DNA from: Leptolyngbyaceae cyanobacterium
GTDB taxonomy: Bacteria > Cyanobacteriota > Cyanobacteriia > Phormidesmidales > Phormidesmidaceae
Direction of reading: 5' to 3'
Assembly (NCBI GenBank): GCA_965263355.1
Contig: CBDHHL010000032.1
Coordinates: 544,001-608,000 of the forward strand
Length of the DNA stretch: 64,000 nt
Position numbers and translations under genes: made by a program. Below, piece by piece: positions 50,057-60,353 of this stretch; position 1 is the stretch's first letter; each line of letters opens with the position of its first letter. Below the pieces are notes generated by a model. That model worked only from the letters and a program-made list of their open reading frames with translations, was not told where the DNA came from and ran no database searches.

Positions 50057-51570
50057 CTAGCCCAGCAGATCAACGACCTCTGCCGCATTGTAAGCAACAT
50101 TGCCTACTTCATAGGCCTCAACGTTGGTAATGGTTTGAGTCCAGTTGCTGCTTTGACCTCTCTTGTTCTCAGTACCGACAATTTCAATACTGTTATCCCC
50201 CAATAGGGATATAGACATGGTGGTATTGTCGAAAAAGTCTAGTTTTACAAAATCCCAGCCCTTACCACCGTCAATTTCAGCCGTACCAATGCCGGTGTCA
50301 AACACATCTACACCATCACCTCCGTTAATGATGGCATCATCTAGATCCAGATTGACGCCGCGCACAAAAAAGGTATCTTTGCCGCTATCACCGTTCAACG
50401 TACCTTGACGGACGCCCACGGAACTGCCACCCAAAAAACGACTGTTCCCAGTGACATCAATTTCAATCAAATCATGGCCGAGACCGCCATTAATGCTGCC
50501 CTGGAAAAGGCCCAGATAGGTGCCACTGCCCACAGGGGAGTTGGGAGTACTATTGCTACTGGAAACGTTGATTTGGATAACATCCTTACCATTACCACCG
50601 TTGACAGTGGCTCTGTTAACGCCAATGACGTTAAAATCACCGCCAGCACCAAGGCTACTCTGATTGGAGACATTAATCTCAATTCTGTCTGCACCGTCGC
50701 CACCGTCAACGACACTGCCCAGGTAAACGCCGTAGCTATCTATATTTAGACTTGCGGCCGCACTGCCAAATGCTTTAGCAGAGATTGTGATGACATCTTT
50801 ATCAGCACCACCCAGAACATTGGAGCCAAACCCCACGGCAACGGCCCGGCTCTCTGGACTGAACCGTCCACTGGTGGAGGCTTCTGCCGAGATGCTAAGC
50901 ACATACCTTTACCACCGTCCACGGTGGAACCACCACTCACACCATTACTGATGCCGGAACGACCATCTTTGCCATTACTGATAGCCTTAGAGGTGATAGT
51001 AATGTGATCAGCTGAATTACCGGCCAAAATTGTTGAGTTCTCTACCGCCGTAGCACCGCCGATACCGCTGACTGTCGCCCCTAAGGAAGAGCCCTCCGCA
51101 TTGATGGAGATAGTGTCTCGTCCAGTCCCCGTATCAACGGTACTGCTAAGCACTCCCGTACTTTTAGACGATGTGCCAGCAAGAGGATTGTCAGCCCGTG
51201 CAATACTGTCAATTGTGACCAGGTCACCGCCGTTGCCGGTATCAAGGGTGGAACCTTGAAATCCAATACTTTTGGCTACTGTGCCGGACAAAACGTTACT
51301 GGCAATCGTAACTGTATCACTATCGTTAGCCATATCAATGGTAGCTGTTTCCATGCCAATCCCACTGGCCTGTACCGTAGACAGCGGAGCGGTACTAATA
51401 TCAACGATCGCATCAATAGTATCCTGTCCAGCAAAGCTATCGATGGTTAGATTGGTAGCGGCAATGCCTGTTAAAACGTTGTTGAGAATGATGGCGTCGG
51501 CATTTAAAATCTCTCCCAAATAGGAATCGGCCTGGGGCGTGCCCTGAAAGTTGCCTGTTAATTGAGCCAT
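50057..51570 (-). pseudogene. RTX-like Ca-binding repeat protein split by a frameshift at ~50905
   Basis: (D/N)(T/G)GxGxD repeats occur in both ORFs. The junction reads DGGKG|VLSISAE across frames. Confidence 0.75.
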
Positions 51571-51810
51571 TCTTGAGTATTTCTAGCTTAAATAGATGAA
51601 ATTCTGAAATTTAAGTGCGGTCCCCATATTATTTTTGCAAAAAACGTCTACTTGCTAAGTAAAGCACTGTAAAGCTTTTTGCCATCAAGCACTACTCTAA
51701 TGTTTAGAGACTATTTTTCTTTCATGAAAGTTCCTAGAACAACATGTCTTAAGGACTGTCGCAACTAAGGGCATTACTTAAGAAAAACAGAATTTTTAGT
51801 TAACGGGTGG

Positions 51811-53742
51811 TTAACTGTCTAATCGTTCCGCCAGTTCCATCCACCGTTCAGTTGCAGTTTCAATTTCGATGTCTAAATCTGCCAACCGTTGAGAAAGGGT
51901 TTGCATTTCACTGTAGTCGCTGGGCGGATTTGTATAGAGTTGTTTTTCTAGGGTTGCTTTCTCATCTTCTAATTTAGGGATTTTCTCTTCTAGTGAGGCG
52001 TATTCACGCTTTTCTTTGTAGGAAAGCTTTTTGGATTTAACGGTGTTTTTTTGAGGGCCTTTAACGGGAGTTTGTATGGACGATTTGGTCTGGTTAGATT
52101 TGGTAGTTGCTTGCTTTTCTTTCTCTACTTGTTCTGTTTTCTCTTTATGCTCTAAGTAGATAGAATAATTGCCAGGATACTGTTTTAGCTTGCCTAACCC
52201 TTCAAAAGAAAATACCGTTTCTACCGTACGGTCAAGAAAATAACGATCATGGGAAACAACAATCACGCAGCCGTTAAACTCTTCTAAATATTCTTCTAAA
52301 ATACCTAAGGTCTGCACATCCAGATCATTGGTGGGCTCATCTAAAATCAGTACATTGGGAGCCTGCATCAGCACCCGTAGTAAAAACAAGCGACGGCGTT
52401 CTCCACCGGACAGTTTATGGATGGGGGCATACTGCTGGTCCGGAGGGAACAGAAATCGCTCTAACATTTTAGAGGCCGTAATCACCGTGCCATCAGCGGT
52501 GGTAACTAGCTCGGCCACATCCTTGAGGTAGTCAATCACTCGCTGGTTTTCGTTGATGTTGACATCGTCGGAATATTGATCAAAATAGCCGATGTGAATG
52601 GTGGAACCAATGTCAACGGTACCGGTATCGGGCTGTTCTCGACCGGTGATGATATTCATCAATGTAGATTTACCCACCCCGTTGGGTCCAATGATGCCGA
52701 TGCGATCCTCTGGTGTAAATAGGTAGGAAAAGTCTTTGATCAGGGTGCGTCCATCGTAACCTTTGGTGACATTTTCTAACTCGATTACCTTTTTCCCAAT
52801 GCGGCGACCAGCAGTGGCAATTTCCACATTACCCTGGGCCTGTTTAAACTCCGCGTTTTGCATATCACGGATGCGGTCAATGCGAGCCCTTTGCTTAGTA
52901 CTTCGGGCCTTGGCTCCACGCTGCAGCCATTTCAGCTCGCGTCGGAGGACACCAGCATGTTTTTTCTGACTGCTGACAGCGGCCTCTTCTTGGGCTGCTT
53001 TTTTCTCCAGGTAATAGCTGTAGTTGCCACTGTAGGGGTACAGATCACCCCGGTCGATTTCTAGAATGCGGTTGGTCACCCGGTCCAAAAAATAGCGGTC
53101 GTGGGTAATTAGAAACAGGGCACCACGATAGCGACTAAGATAATCCTGCAGCCATTCCACTGATAGGGCATCCAGGTGGTTGGTGGGCTCGTCCATTAGG
53201 ATAAGGTCGGGTTCAGCTAGCAGAGCGGTTGCGATCGCAACCCGTTTTCGGTAGCCCCCCGACAGCGTCCCAATCTTGACATGAAAATCCTTAATCCCCA
53301 GCTTACTCAGCACTACCTTAGCCTGAGTTTCTAGCTCCCAGGCATTGGCCTGCTCAATCTGCTGCGACACCCGCGATAACATTGCCATCAGCTGGTCCGT
53401 ATCCCCCGTCGCCTCCGCTAGCTTGGCAGAGATCAACTCATACTCCCGCACCAGTGCCATGCTATCGCCACTATCGGCAAACACCTGCTCCAGTACCGTC
53501 CGCTCTTCATCCAAATCCGGCTGCTGCGGTAAGTAAACTATTTTGCTACTGGCATTCTTCCAAATTTCGCCACTATCAACGGGTTCTATCCCTGCAATCA
53601 TCTTGAGCAGCGTTGACTTACCCGAACCATTAGTGCCAATTAGCCCCACCCGGTCCCCTTCTTCAATGCTAAAGCTGGCATCCCGCAAAATTTCCTTGAT
53701 GCCAAAGTCTTTGTTTATATCCCGTAAAGCCAGCAGAGTCAT
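51811..53742 (-). CDS. ABC-F family ATP-binding protein (Uup-like)
   Basis: Two Walker A/LSGG/DEPTN cassettes and KLSYKEKRE tail. ATG 53742 preferred. Confidence 0.93.
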   Translation of the reverse strand: MTLLALRDINKDFGIKEILRDASFSIEEGDRVGLIGTNGSGKSTLLKMIAGIEPVDSGEIWKNASSKIVYLPQQPDLDEERTVLEQVFADSGDSMALVREYELISAKLAEATGDTDQLMAMLSRVSQQIEQANAWELETQAKVVLSKLGIKDFHVKIGTLSGGYRKRVAIATALLAEPDLILMDEPTNHLDALSVEWLQDYLSRYRGALFLITHDRYFLDRVTNRILEIDRGDLYPYSGNYSYYLEKKAAQEEAAVSSQKKHAGVLRRELKWLQRGAKARSTKQRARIDRIRDMQNAEFKQAQGNVEIATAGRRIGKKVIELENVTKGYDGRTLIKDFSYLFTPEDRIGIIGPNGVGKSTLMNIITGREQPDTGTVDIGSTIHIGYFDQYSDDVNINENQRVIDYLKDVAELVTTADGTVITASKMLERFLFPPDQQYAPIHKLSGGERRRLFLLRVLMQAPNVLILDEPTNDLDVQTLGILEEYLEEFNGCVIVVSHDRYFLDRTVETVFSFEGLGKLKQYPGNYSIYLEHKEKTEQVEKEKQATTKSNQTKSSIQTPVKGPQKNTVKSKKLSYKEKREYASLEEKIPKLEDEKATLEKQLYTNPPSDYSEMQTLSQRLADLDIEIETATERWMELAERLDS

Positions 53743-53861
53743 GGGTGAATGCCAAACAACCGTAGCTAGTGTAACGTGGGAGACCGGTCTGTAGCCTAGC
53801 CCCCCAACAATGGCATCTATGGATAAAGCCAACTTAACATCACTATGGTTACACAGCCTGT

Positions 53862-54443
53862 TTAACCCAGTAGCGCCACCACCTCTGATGCACTATAAAT
53901 GCTACCAGCCAATTCAAACTGCTCCATACTCGAAATAGTTTGTGTCCACTCAACATTATTGCCAAGCTTATCCTGGGTGCTAATAATTCTCACACTATCG
54001 GAACCGCGCAACTCAATAGACATTGTTGTTGCATCAAAAAAAGTCAAGCTTGATCAGAGCCCAATTGCATTAAATTCAAAAGCATCAACAACAACAGAAA
54101 CGACATCATCATCCCCTAACGTATTAGGTGAGCCAGCAATGATACTGTTAACACACACAAGGTCATTATCGGCACCAGAGTCAATATCAACATGCTTCAT
54201 GCCAAACAGGTCAACCTCTGCAGCAGCCGTACCTGTTATAAAGACATCGACATTGGCAGCATCATTTCCCTCTAGACTGCGGATATTTAACTCAAAGGCT
54301 ACAGAACCAGTAATTGTTTCATCAAGTTCCAGTTCTTCACCAACAAATATGAGTCCTCCCCTGTACTCATTATTATCAGCTGTCCCCGTGAATACACCGG
54401 TTAATTGACCGCTACCTCTGAACACATTGGGTGATTGAGTCAT
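53862..54443 (-). pseudogene. Internally deleted paralog of the 50057-51570 RTX-like gene
   Basis: N-terminal QLTGVFTGT resembles QLTGNFQGT. After a stop at 54054 another frame gives KLDFFDATTMSI...WTQTI...EVVALLG, matching KLDFFDNTTMSI...WTQTI...EVVDLLG. Confidence 0.8.
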
Positions 54444-55242
54444 CGTTTTACTATTTGGTTTGGGAAACTTTCTAAAATATTGATAAACTAACTGACTTGA
54501 CAGCGACAAACCAATGCATACGAATTCCGAACATGCTAAATAGATGCTCTTTTAGAACCCCTTCTTCAGGACGGCCTAAGGATGTCAATGAGGCTGCTGA
54601 GGCTGCTCTCTGTGTACCCTGCAATAATAGTCAGAATTTCGTATCACCAGGTTGAACCAACTAGCCATCAATCAGCAGTGGATCACTTCTGTTGGACTCC
54701 CCCTGACGTTAGAAGACGCTTAAAAAATGAGTAAGGTTTCTCAGTATAATTAGGGGTTTTCCACAAATAAACGTTACTCTAAGGGTTCAAATACTGAAGT
54801 AAAAATCAGCGCTACTGACGACACATCATCTACTAAAGTTGCAAACAAACTATTTTTTTTGAATAAAGAAGAATCTTTGCATAATCAGCATTTTTAGAAT
54901 AAGGTTTACATTAGGTTAGCTAAGTTTGCATAGCTGATTGCACAGCTATAAAAGCCCTTACACCTAATGCCTTCTGGCACTGGCATCGTAACTACTAAAT
55001 TAATCTTCAAGTAGACACCTGATTTTAAGTTCAGGCTCCATTTAACTACTGAGAAAACTTTATCAACATTCAATAGAAGATAGCATTACCAATCTCAATT
55101 TAGACGGATCTAAACCCATAGCCTGCGTATATCAGTTAGGAGCTTACTGGAAATTAAATCATCTACACAAGCGAAAACAGGAGCGTATCCACTTTTCTAA
55201 GTAGGATTTTCAAGTCAGGTTAGCATTTTTATTCGAGACCTT

Positions 55243-56097
55243 ATGAGCAAACCTCTAATTTACTACGTGCTTATAGCAGGAAGCCTGCTACTGGCCAATT
55301 GCTCAAATGGTCAAGCATCTTCCCCCTCCATAAATACAACCGATTCAGTCAACACTACAAAAATCGGTGGTTCAGCAGAAACCTATGAAGTTCTTGAGCG
55401 TCTTGTAGAGGCCTATCAAACTGAGGCTGTAGATAGCAACTTTGAGTTTTTGCCACCGAGTCAAACCAGTGGAGGCATTGAAGGAGTCAAAAGGGGCGTG
55501 ATTGATATTGGAGGCGTGAGTCGTGTCCCCAGTCCTGACGAAACCAATAGCCAAATCAACTATCTCCGTTTAGCCAAAACCCCATTAGTTGTTGTTATCC
55601 ATAACAGTGTCACTGGCATCAGTAATATTACGGGTAAGCAAATTAAAGCTATTTACAATGGTCAAATTACCAATTGGAAAAAGCTTGGGGGCCCCGATGC
55701 TGATATCGTTCTATTGGATTTTACAGAGGATGAGAACGAAAAGCAGATGCTACGGCAAACTTATTTAGGCTCAGCCTTAGCTATCACCCCTAAGGCCATT
55801 GTTTTCCCTGAGGATGATGAACTCGCAGCAACAGCAGCAACGACACAATTCAGTATGGCAACCGTTGCCTATGAAGAGGAACTTGAGGATTTAGCGTTAT
55901 CTCTACTGAGTGTCGATGGGGTTTTACCCTCAGCTAAAACAACTCAATCAGGAGAATATCCCATGGCGTTATCTCTGGGTATCGTTTTCAGTCAACAATC
56001 CTCTAGTGAAACTCAAGCATTTCTAGAATTTGCAGTTGGCCCAAAGGGACAAAAAACATTGAGTGGCACTAACTATGTTCAACTCGATGATAATTAA
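55243..56097 (+). CDS. PstS-like periplasmic binding lipoprotein
   Basis: Lipobox-like LLANC, SQTSGGI, IDIGGVSR and IYNGQITNWKKLGGPD. Confidence 0.8.
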   Translation: MSKPLIYYVLIAGSLLLANCSNGQASSPSINTTDSVNTTKIGGSAETYEVLERLVEAYQTEAVDSNFEFLPPSQTSGGIEGVKRGVIDIGGVSRVPSPDETNSQINYLRLAKTPLVVVIHNSVTGISNITGKQIKAIYNGQITNWKKLGGPDADIVLLDFTEDENEKQMLRQTYLGSALAITPKAIVFPEDDELAATAATTQFSMATVAYEEELEDLALSLLSVDGVLPSAKTTQSGEYPMALSLGIVFSQQSSSETQAFLEFAVGPKGQKTLSGTNYVQLDDN

Positions 56098-56114
56098 TTG
56101 CCAATACTGTATCC

Positions 56115-58121
56115 ATGGCCTTACTGTACTTCCAAAGGTTATTACTGAAATACCAAAGGGCATCCTTACCGCTAAAAATTAGCATTCCCTTTATTGTGAT
56201 GTCCCTAGGTTTTTGGGTAGTTAGTGTGGCTACAGTAGGAATGTTTTTCTCAAATAAATTAGAACAGGATCAGCAAGAACAAGCAGAAGAACTGGCTGCA
56301 TTAGTTGAGCGAGATATTTATCGAGAAATGGAGTCGCTACGTCAAGGTGCGCGTTTTCTAGCCATTGAAGCACTATTAGCTCAAGCAGTTATTAGTCAGG
56401 ACATCAATCAGTTTCAACAGACTGTTCTGCCCCTAAAAAGCATTTTAGATACCGATATCATCAGTATTATCAATAACAACAAAAAACAACTATTCAAAGT
56501 TCAAAATACTAAACTAAAAAATTTCAACCTCAATGATCAAACAGCTAATAATCTAGTAATTACTGGCTCAGACATTAACGATGTTATCAGTAGTAATGAC
56601 CTTGTACCTCCTATTTTAATCGGCACTGCACCGATTAAAAATGACCAGGGTGTGATTGGTGGAGTCCTGCTAGGAACTGTGCTTGGCAATGACTTCCTCA
56701 AACAAATTAACCAAACAATTCAAGAACAAATTATTGTTTTGTCAGACGATACACTTGTCGCTTCCACATTTCCACCTGACACCACTTATTTAGAACAGCT
56801 TGATCTTGCCAGTTTAGATGGTTTTGTCACCATTGATCAACAAGATTTCTTAGCTGAATCAATTCCCTTAAAAAGCTTAGAAAATGAGCAATTTAAGTTA
56901 GTTCTGCTAATTTCTCAACAATCATTGACCCAAGCACAATATACACTTTGGTTTTTTATTGTGGTCGTCACATGTGTAGGTTCACTAATAACATCTATTC
57001 TTGGCTATTGGATTGCAAAAAGAATCGCTAGACCGATTCAAGACATTACCCTAATAGCTCAACAAGTTGCTGGGGAAGGTCGTTTTGATTTACGAGCACC
57101 TGTAACTACCCAAGACGACATCAGTATTTTAGCTCTGTCTATCAATCAGTTAATTGAATGGGTTGGGCAATATACCCATGAGCTAGAAATTTCTGCTAGA
57201 ACCTTAGAAACTAGGGTACAGAAACGTACCAAAAAACTCTCAAACACACTGAACGAACTTAAAAATACCCAAGCTCAACTAATTCAAACGGAAAAAATGT
57301 CCAGCCTTGGCCAAATGATCGCTGGTATTGCCCATGAGATTAATAATCCTATCAGTTTTGTCCAAGGCAATATTGAACCTTTAAAAGAGTATTTTCAAGA
57401 CTTATTAGACTTAATCAAAACCTACCAAACTGAATATCCTGAACCGACTACAGCTGTTATTCAGAAACAGGAAGAAATTGATTTTGACTTTTTATTAAAA
57501 GATTTGGATAAACTTCTAGGATCTATGAATCTGGGTGCAGAGCGTGTCCATGCAATTGTCCAATCGCTACGTAATTTCTCGCGTTTAGATGAAGCCACGG
57601 TTAAAGACGTGAATATTCATGAGGGCATAGATAGTACCTTATTGATCTTAAATCACCGGATTAAGCATGATGTGAAAGTTGTTAAAAAATACGGCGATCT
57701 TCCCTTGGTACGGTGTTTTCCAGCTCAGCTGAATCAGGTATTTACCAATATTATTGTCAATGCCCTAGATGCGATGTTTGAGGCTGATTGTGAGCACAAA
57801 AAGCTCAAAATCATTACCCGTATGCTAAGCAAGCGCCAGGTTCAAATCATTATCTGTGATAGCGGTCCTGGCATTCCCCGTCATATCCGAAAAAAGATTT
57901 TTGATCCATTTTTTACAACAAAGCCAGTGGGCAAAGGAACTGGCTTAGGGTTGGGTATCTGCTTTAGAATAATTCAACAGCATCAAGGTATCATTCAAGT
58001 AAGATCTAAAGTTGGCAAAGGCACTGAATTTGTCATTACCTTACCGATCGATGCTTTACCTGCCGAACCCACCATGTCATCGACGACTGAAATAGCGACT
58101 CAGCCGACAGCTAAGGTTTAA
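56115..58121 (+). CDS. Membrane sensor histidine kinase with HAMP domain
   Basis: Two TM helices, HAMP, AHEINNP, NQVFTN and [17 protein letters not shown]. Confidence 0.93.
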   Translation: MALLYFQRLLLKYQRASLPLKISIPFIVMSLGFWVVSVATVGMFFSNKLEQDQQEQAEELAALVERDIYREMESLRQGARFLAIEALLAQAVISQDINQFQQTVLPLKSILDTDIISIINNNKKQLFKVQNTKLKNFNLNDQTANNLVITGSDINDVISSNDLVPPILIGTAPIKNDQGVIGGVLLGTVLGNDFLKQINQTIQEQIIVLSDDTLVASTFPPDTTYLEQLDLASLDGFVTIDQQDFLAESIPLKSLENEQFKLVLLISQQSLTQAQYTLWFFIVVVTCVGSLITSILGYWIAKRIARPIQDITLIAQQVAGEGRFDLRAPVTTQDDISILALSINQLIEWVGQYTHELEISARTLETRVQKRTKKLSNTLNELKNTQAQLIQTEKMSSLGQMIAGIAHEINNPISFVQGNIEPLKEYFQDLLDLIKTYQTEYPEPTTAVIQKQEEIDFDFLLKDLDKLLGSMNLGAERVHAIVQSLRNFSRLDEATVKDVNIHEGIDSTLLILNHRIKHDVKVVKKYGDLPLVRCFPAQLNQVFTNIIVNALDAMFEADCEHKKLKIITRMLSKRQVQIIICDSGPGIPRHIRKKIFDPFFTTKPVGKGTGLGLGICFRIIQQHQGIIQVRSKVGKGTEFVITLPIDALPAEPTMSSTTEIATQPTAKV

Positions 58122-59584
58122 TAGGGTAGATCTTCAGATTTCCAAGCCACCTCAGCCTCCGCAGCCAGGGGCAGTTGTACAGGTTCAGTACGGTAAATAT
58201 TATCTCGTTCCCGTTGGCGTGGAGACTGTTTGCGACGGCGAGAAATATTTTCCTCCGTTGTCTCTTCAGCAATCACTTCATAAAGCATAGCTAGTTTGTT
58301 ACCATCACCTTTCCGCAACACCCGCCCTAAACGCTGAATATACTCTCGTGTAGAGCCACTCCCCGACAATAAAATAGCCACCTTAGCTTCAGGCACATCC
58401 ACCCCCTCATTGAGCACATGGGAGACCACAATGGTTTTATAATCTCCTGTACGGAAGTTTTGCAAAACATCACGCCGCTCTTTTACGGGAGTTTGATGGG
58501 TAATGGCCGGAATGAGAAAATCCTGGGAGATTTTATAAACGGTGGCATTATCATTGGTAAAAATAATGGTGCGCTCAGGATAATGTCGAGATAGCAACTC
58601 TTCTAATATCCGCAGCTTGCCTGCCGTGCCCAAGGCAATGTTTTTAGCTTCACGGTGGGCCAGCATTGCTCTACGCCCTGCCTGGGATCGGGCACTGGCA
58701 GCTACAAATCGTTTCCAGCCCTCAGGGCTCCCCAACCAAATTCGCGACTGTTGCAAAAAGTCATTACGCTGTTGAATCAGTTCAGCATAGCGACGACGTT
58801 CTATCTCAGAAAGAGAAACTTTTAGCTGCACAATCTGATACGGAGCTAGCGCCTGACCAGACAGTTCAGCTGCTGTTTTATGGTACACCACGGGTCCTAA
58901 TAGCTGATCAAGATCAGCATGGCGGCCATCAGCCCGATCAGGGGTAGCTGTTAATCCCAACCGGTAGGGTGCGATCGCATATTCAGCAATCACCCGATTA
59001 AAGTCGCTAGGTAAATGGTGACACTCATCACATACCAATAGACCATAGCGATTGCCCAAACTTTCTGCATGGATCGCCGCACTATCATAGGTGGCCACTA
59101 AAATATCAGAGCGATCGCGACTGCCCCCTCCTAATAATCCAATGTCGGCATCGGGAAAGGCCGTTTCCAAATGGGCATACCACTGATGCATCAAATCTAA
59201 CGTGGGCACCGTAATCAGCGTGCTACGGGGAATTGCCTGTAGGGCTAACTGAGCGAGGTAAGTTTTACCTGCCGCCGTCGGCAACACCACAACCCCCTGC
59301 CATCGATTTTGTTGCCAAGCCTGCAATGCTTCACTCTGATGAAGATATGGCTCAAATGTTAATTGTGGAGTAAGTTCTAAGGCCGTAAAGTCAGCAGCCT
59401 GATCATTGATCTCCACCTGTTCCCGTCTTAGGGTTTCCAGCAGTGGACGGTAGCAATGGGCTGGGATCCGAAACCGTTCAATGCGGTCATCCCACACGGC
59501 ATGATCAATCCAACGTTTGCCACGGGGGGGCGGATGCAAAATCAAGGTGCCGCGATCAAACCGTAGGGTGGGTATACGCACCAT
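58118..59584 (-). CDS. Superfamily II helicase (XPB/SSL2-like)
   Basis: LPTAAGKT, DECHH, TAT and QRLGRVLR. Confidence 0.9.
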   Translation of the reverse strand: MVRIPTLRFDRGTLILHPPPRGKRWIDHAVWDDRIERFRIPAHCYRPLLETLRREQVEINDQAADFTALELTPQLTFEPYLHQSEALQAWQQNRWQGVVVLPTAAGKTYLAQLALQAIPRSTLITVPTLDLMHQWYAHLETAFPDADIGLLGGGSRDRSDILVATYDSAAIHAESLGNRYGLLVCDECHHLPSDFNRVIAEYAIAPYRLGLTATPDRADGRHADLDQLLGPVVYHKTAAELSGQALAPYQIVQLKVSLSEIERRRYAELIQQRNDFLQQSRIWLGSPEGWKRFVAASARSQAGRRAMLAHREAKNIALGTAGKLRILEELLSRHYPERTIIFTNDNATVYKISQDFLIPAITHQTPVKERRDVLQNFRTGDYKTIVVSHVLNEGVDVPEAKVAILLSGSGSTREYIQRLGRVLRKGDGNKLAMLYEVIAEETTEENISRRRKQSPRQRERDNIYRTEPVQLPLAAEAEVAWKSEDLPY

Positions 59585-59849
59585 ATTTCAATCCAAACTT
59601 TCACCCCGATACCAGGCTAATTCAACCTTGGTTGGTAAATATACCAAATTCAATAACTTGTCATCATCAATCGTTAAGAGAAGATACGTTCTATTCTCCG
59701 TGGCCCAAGGTCCGTATAACTACGGAGGTGGTTTATGGGTATCCGGTGACAATTAGACATAGCCATCCGAAAAAATATCCAACTATATCTGGAATAGGTG
59801 CAGTCAACCCTGTGTTTACTCTTAGCGTTCTACCAAGGAGAATCGTCGT

Positions 59850-60035
59850 ATGGATATGTCAATGATTCTAGGTTTAGCCCTTGCTGGTTCGATTATGTTG
59901 CTCAATGGCAACAAAACTCAGAGCAAAAAGTCTCAAACGCAATCTGATACACCATCCGAATTTGTGGTCAGTGTCGGTGGAGACGGAGCCATCTCCATTA
60001 GCCCAAAAGAAGAAGCTCTAAAGGGGGTTCAATAA
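59850..60035 (+). CDS. Small hypothetical protein with N-terminal hydrophobic helix
   Basis: AGGAG RBS upstream of a 61 aa ORF. Confidence 0.5.
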   Translation: MDMSMILGLALAGSIMLLNGNKTQSKKSQTQSDTPSEFVVSVGGDGAISISPKEEALKGVQ

Positions 60036-60320
60036 CCACGGGATATTTCCCCAAGGATAAAATCCCAGCGTTGGGCTACAACCTCGGCCCAAATTCAAAT
60101 TCATTAACCCTGGTTAAAAATACATCAGCCCATAGTGGCAATCCCTTGTGGTTGCCCTGCAATATTGGGGCAGGTAGCCAGGATTTCGTATCACCCCCAA
60201 TTAAAACTAGATACCTGAGAGTTAATGGGTGAATTCGCCCATAACCCTCAGGTGTAATTTTTTTGAAACAGCTTGGCTACATAGCATTGTGCCCACAGTT
60301 CATACCATTGATGCCCCCAA

Positions 60321-60347
60321 TGCCCATTGCCTATTGCCCAGTGCCCA
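60321..60347. repeat. Heptamer tandem repeat (STRR-like)
   Basis: TGCC(C/T)A-N x4, immediately after the nrdJ stop. Confidence 0.65.
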
Positions 60348-60353
60348 TCAAGA

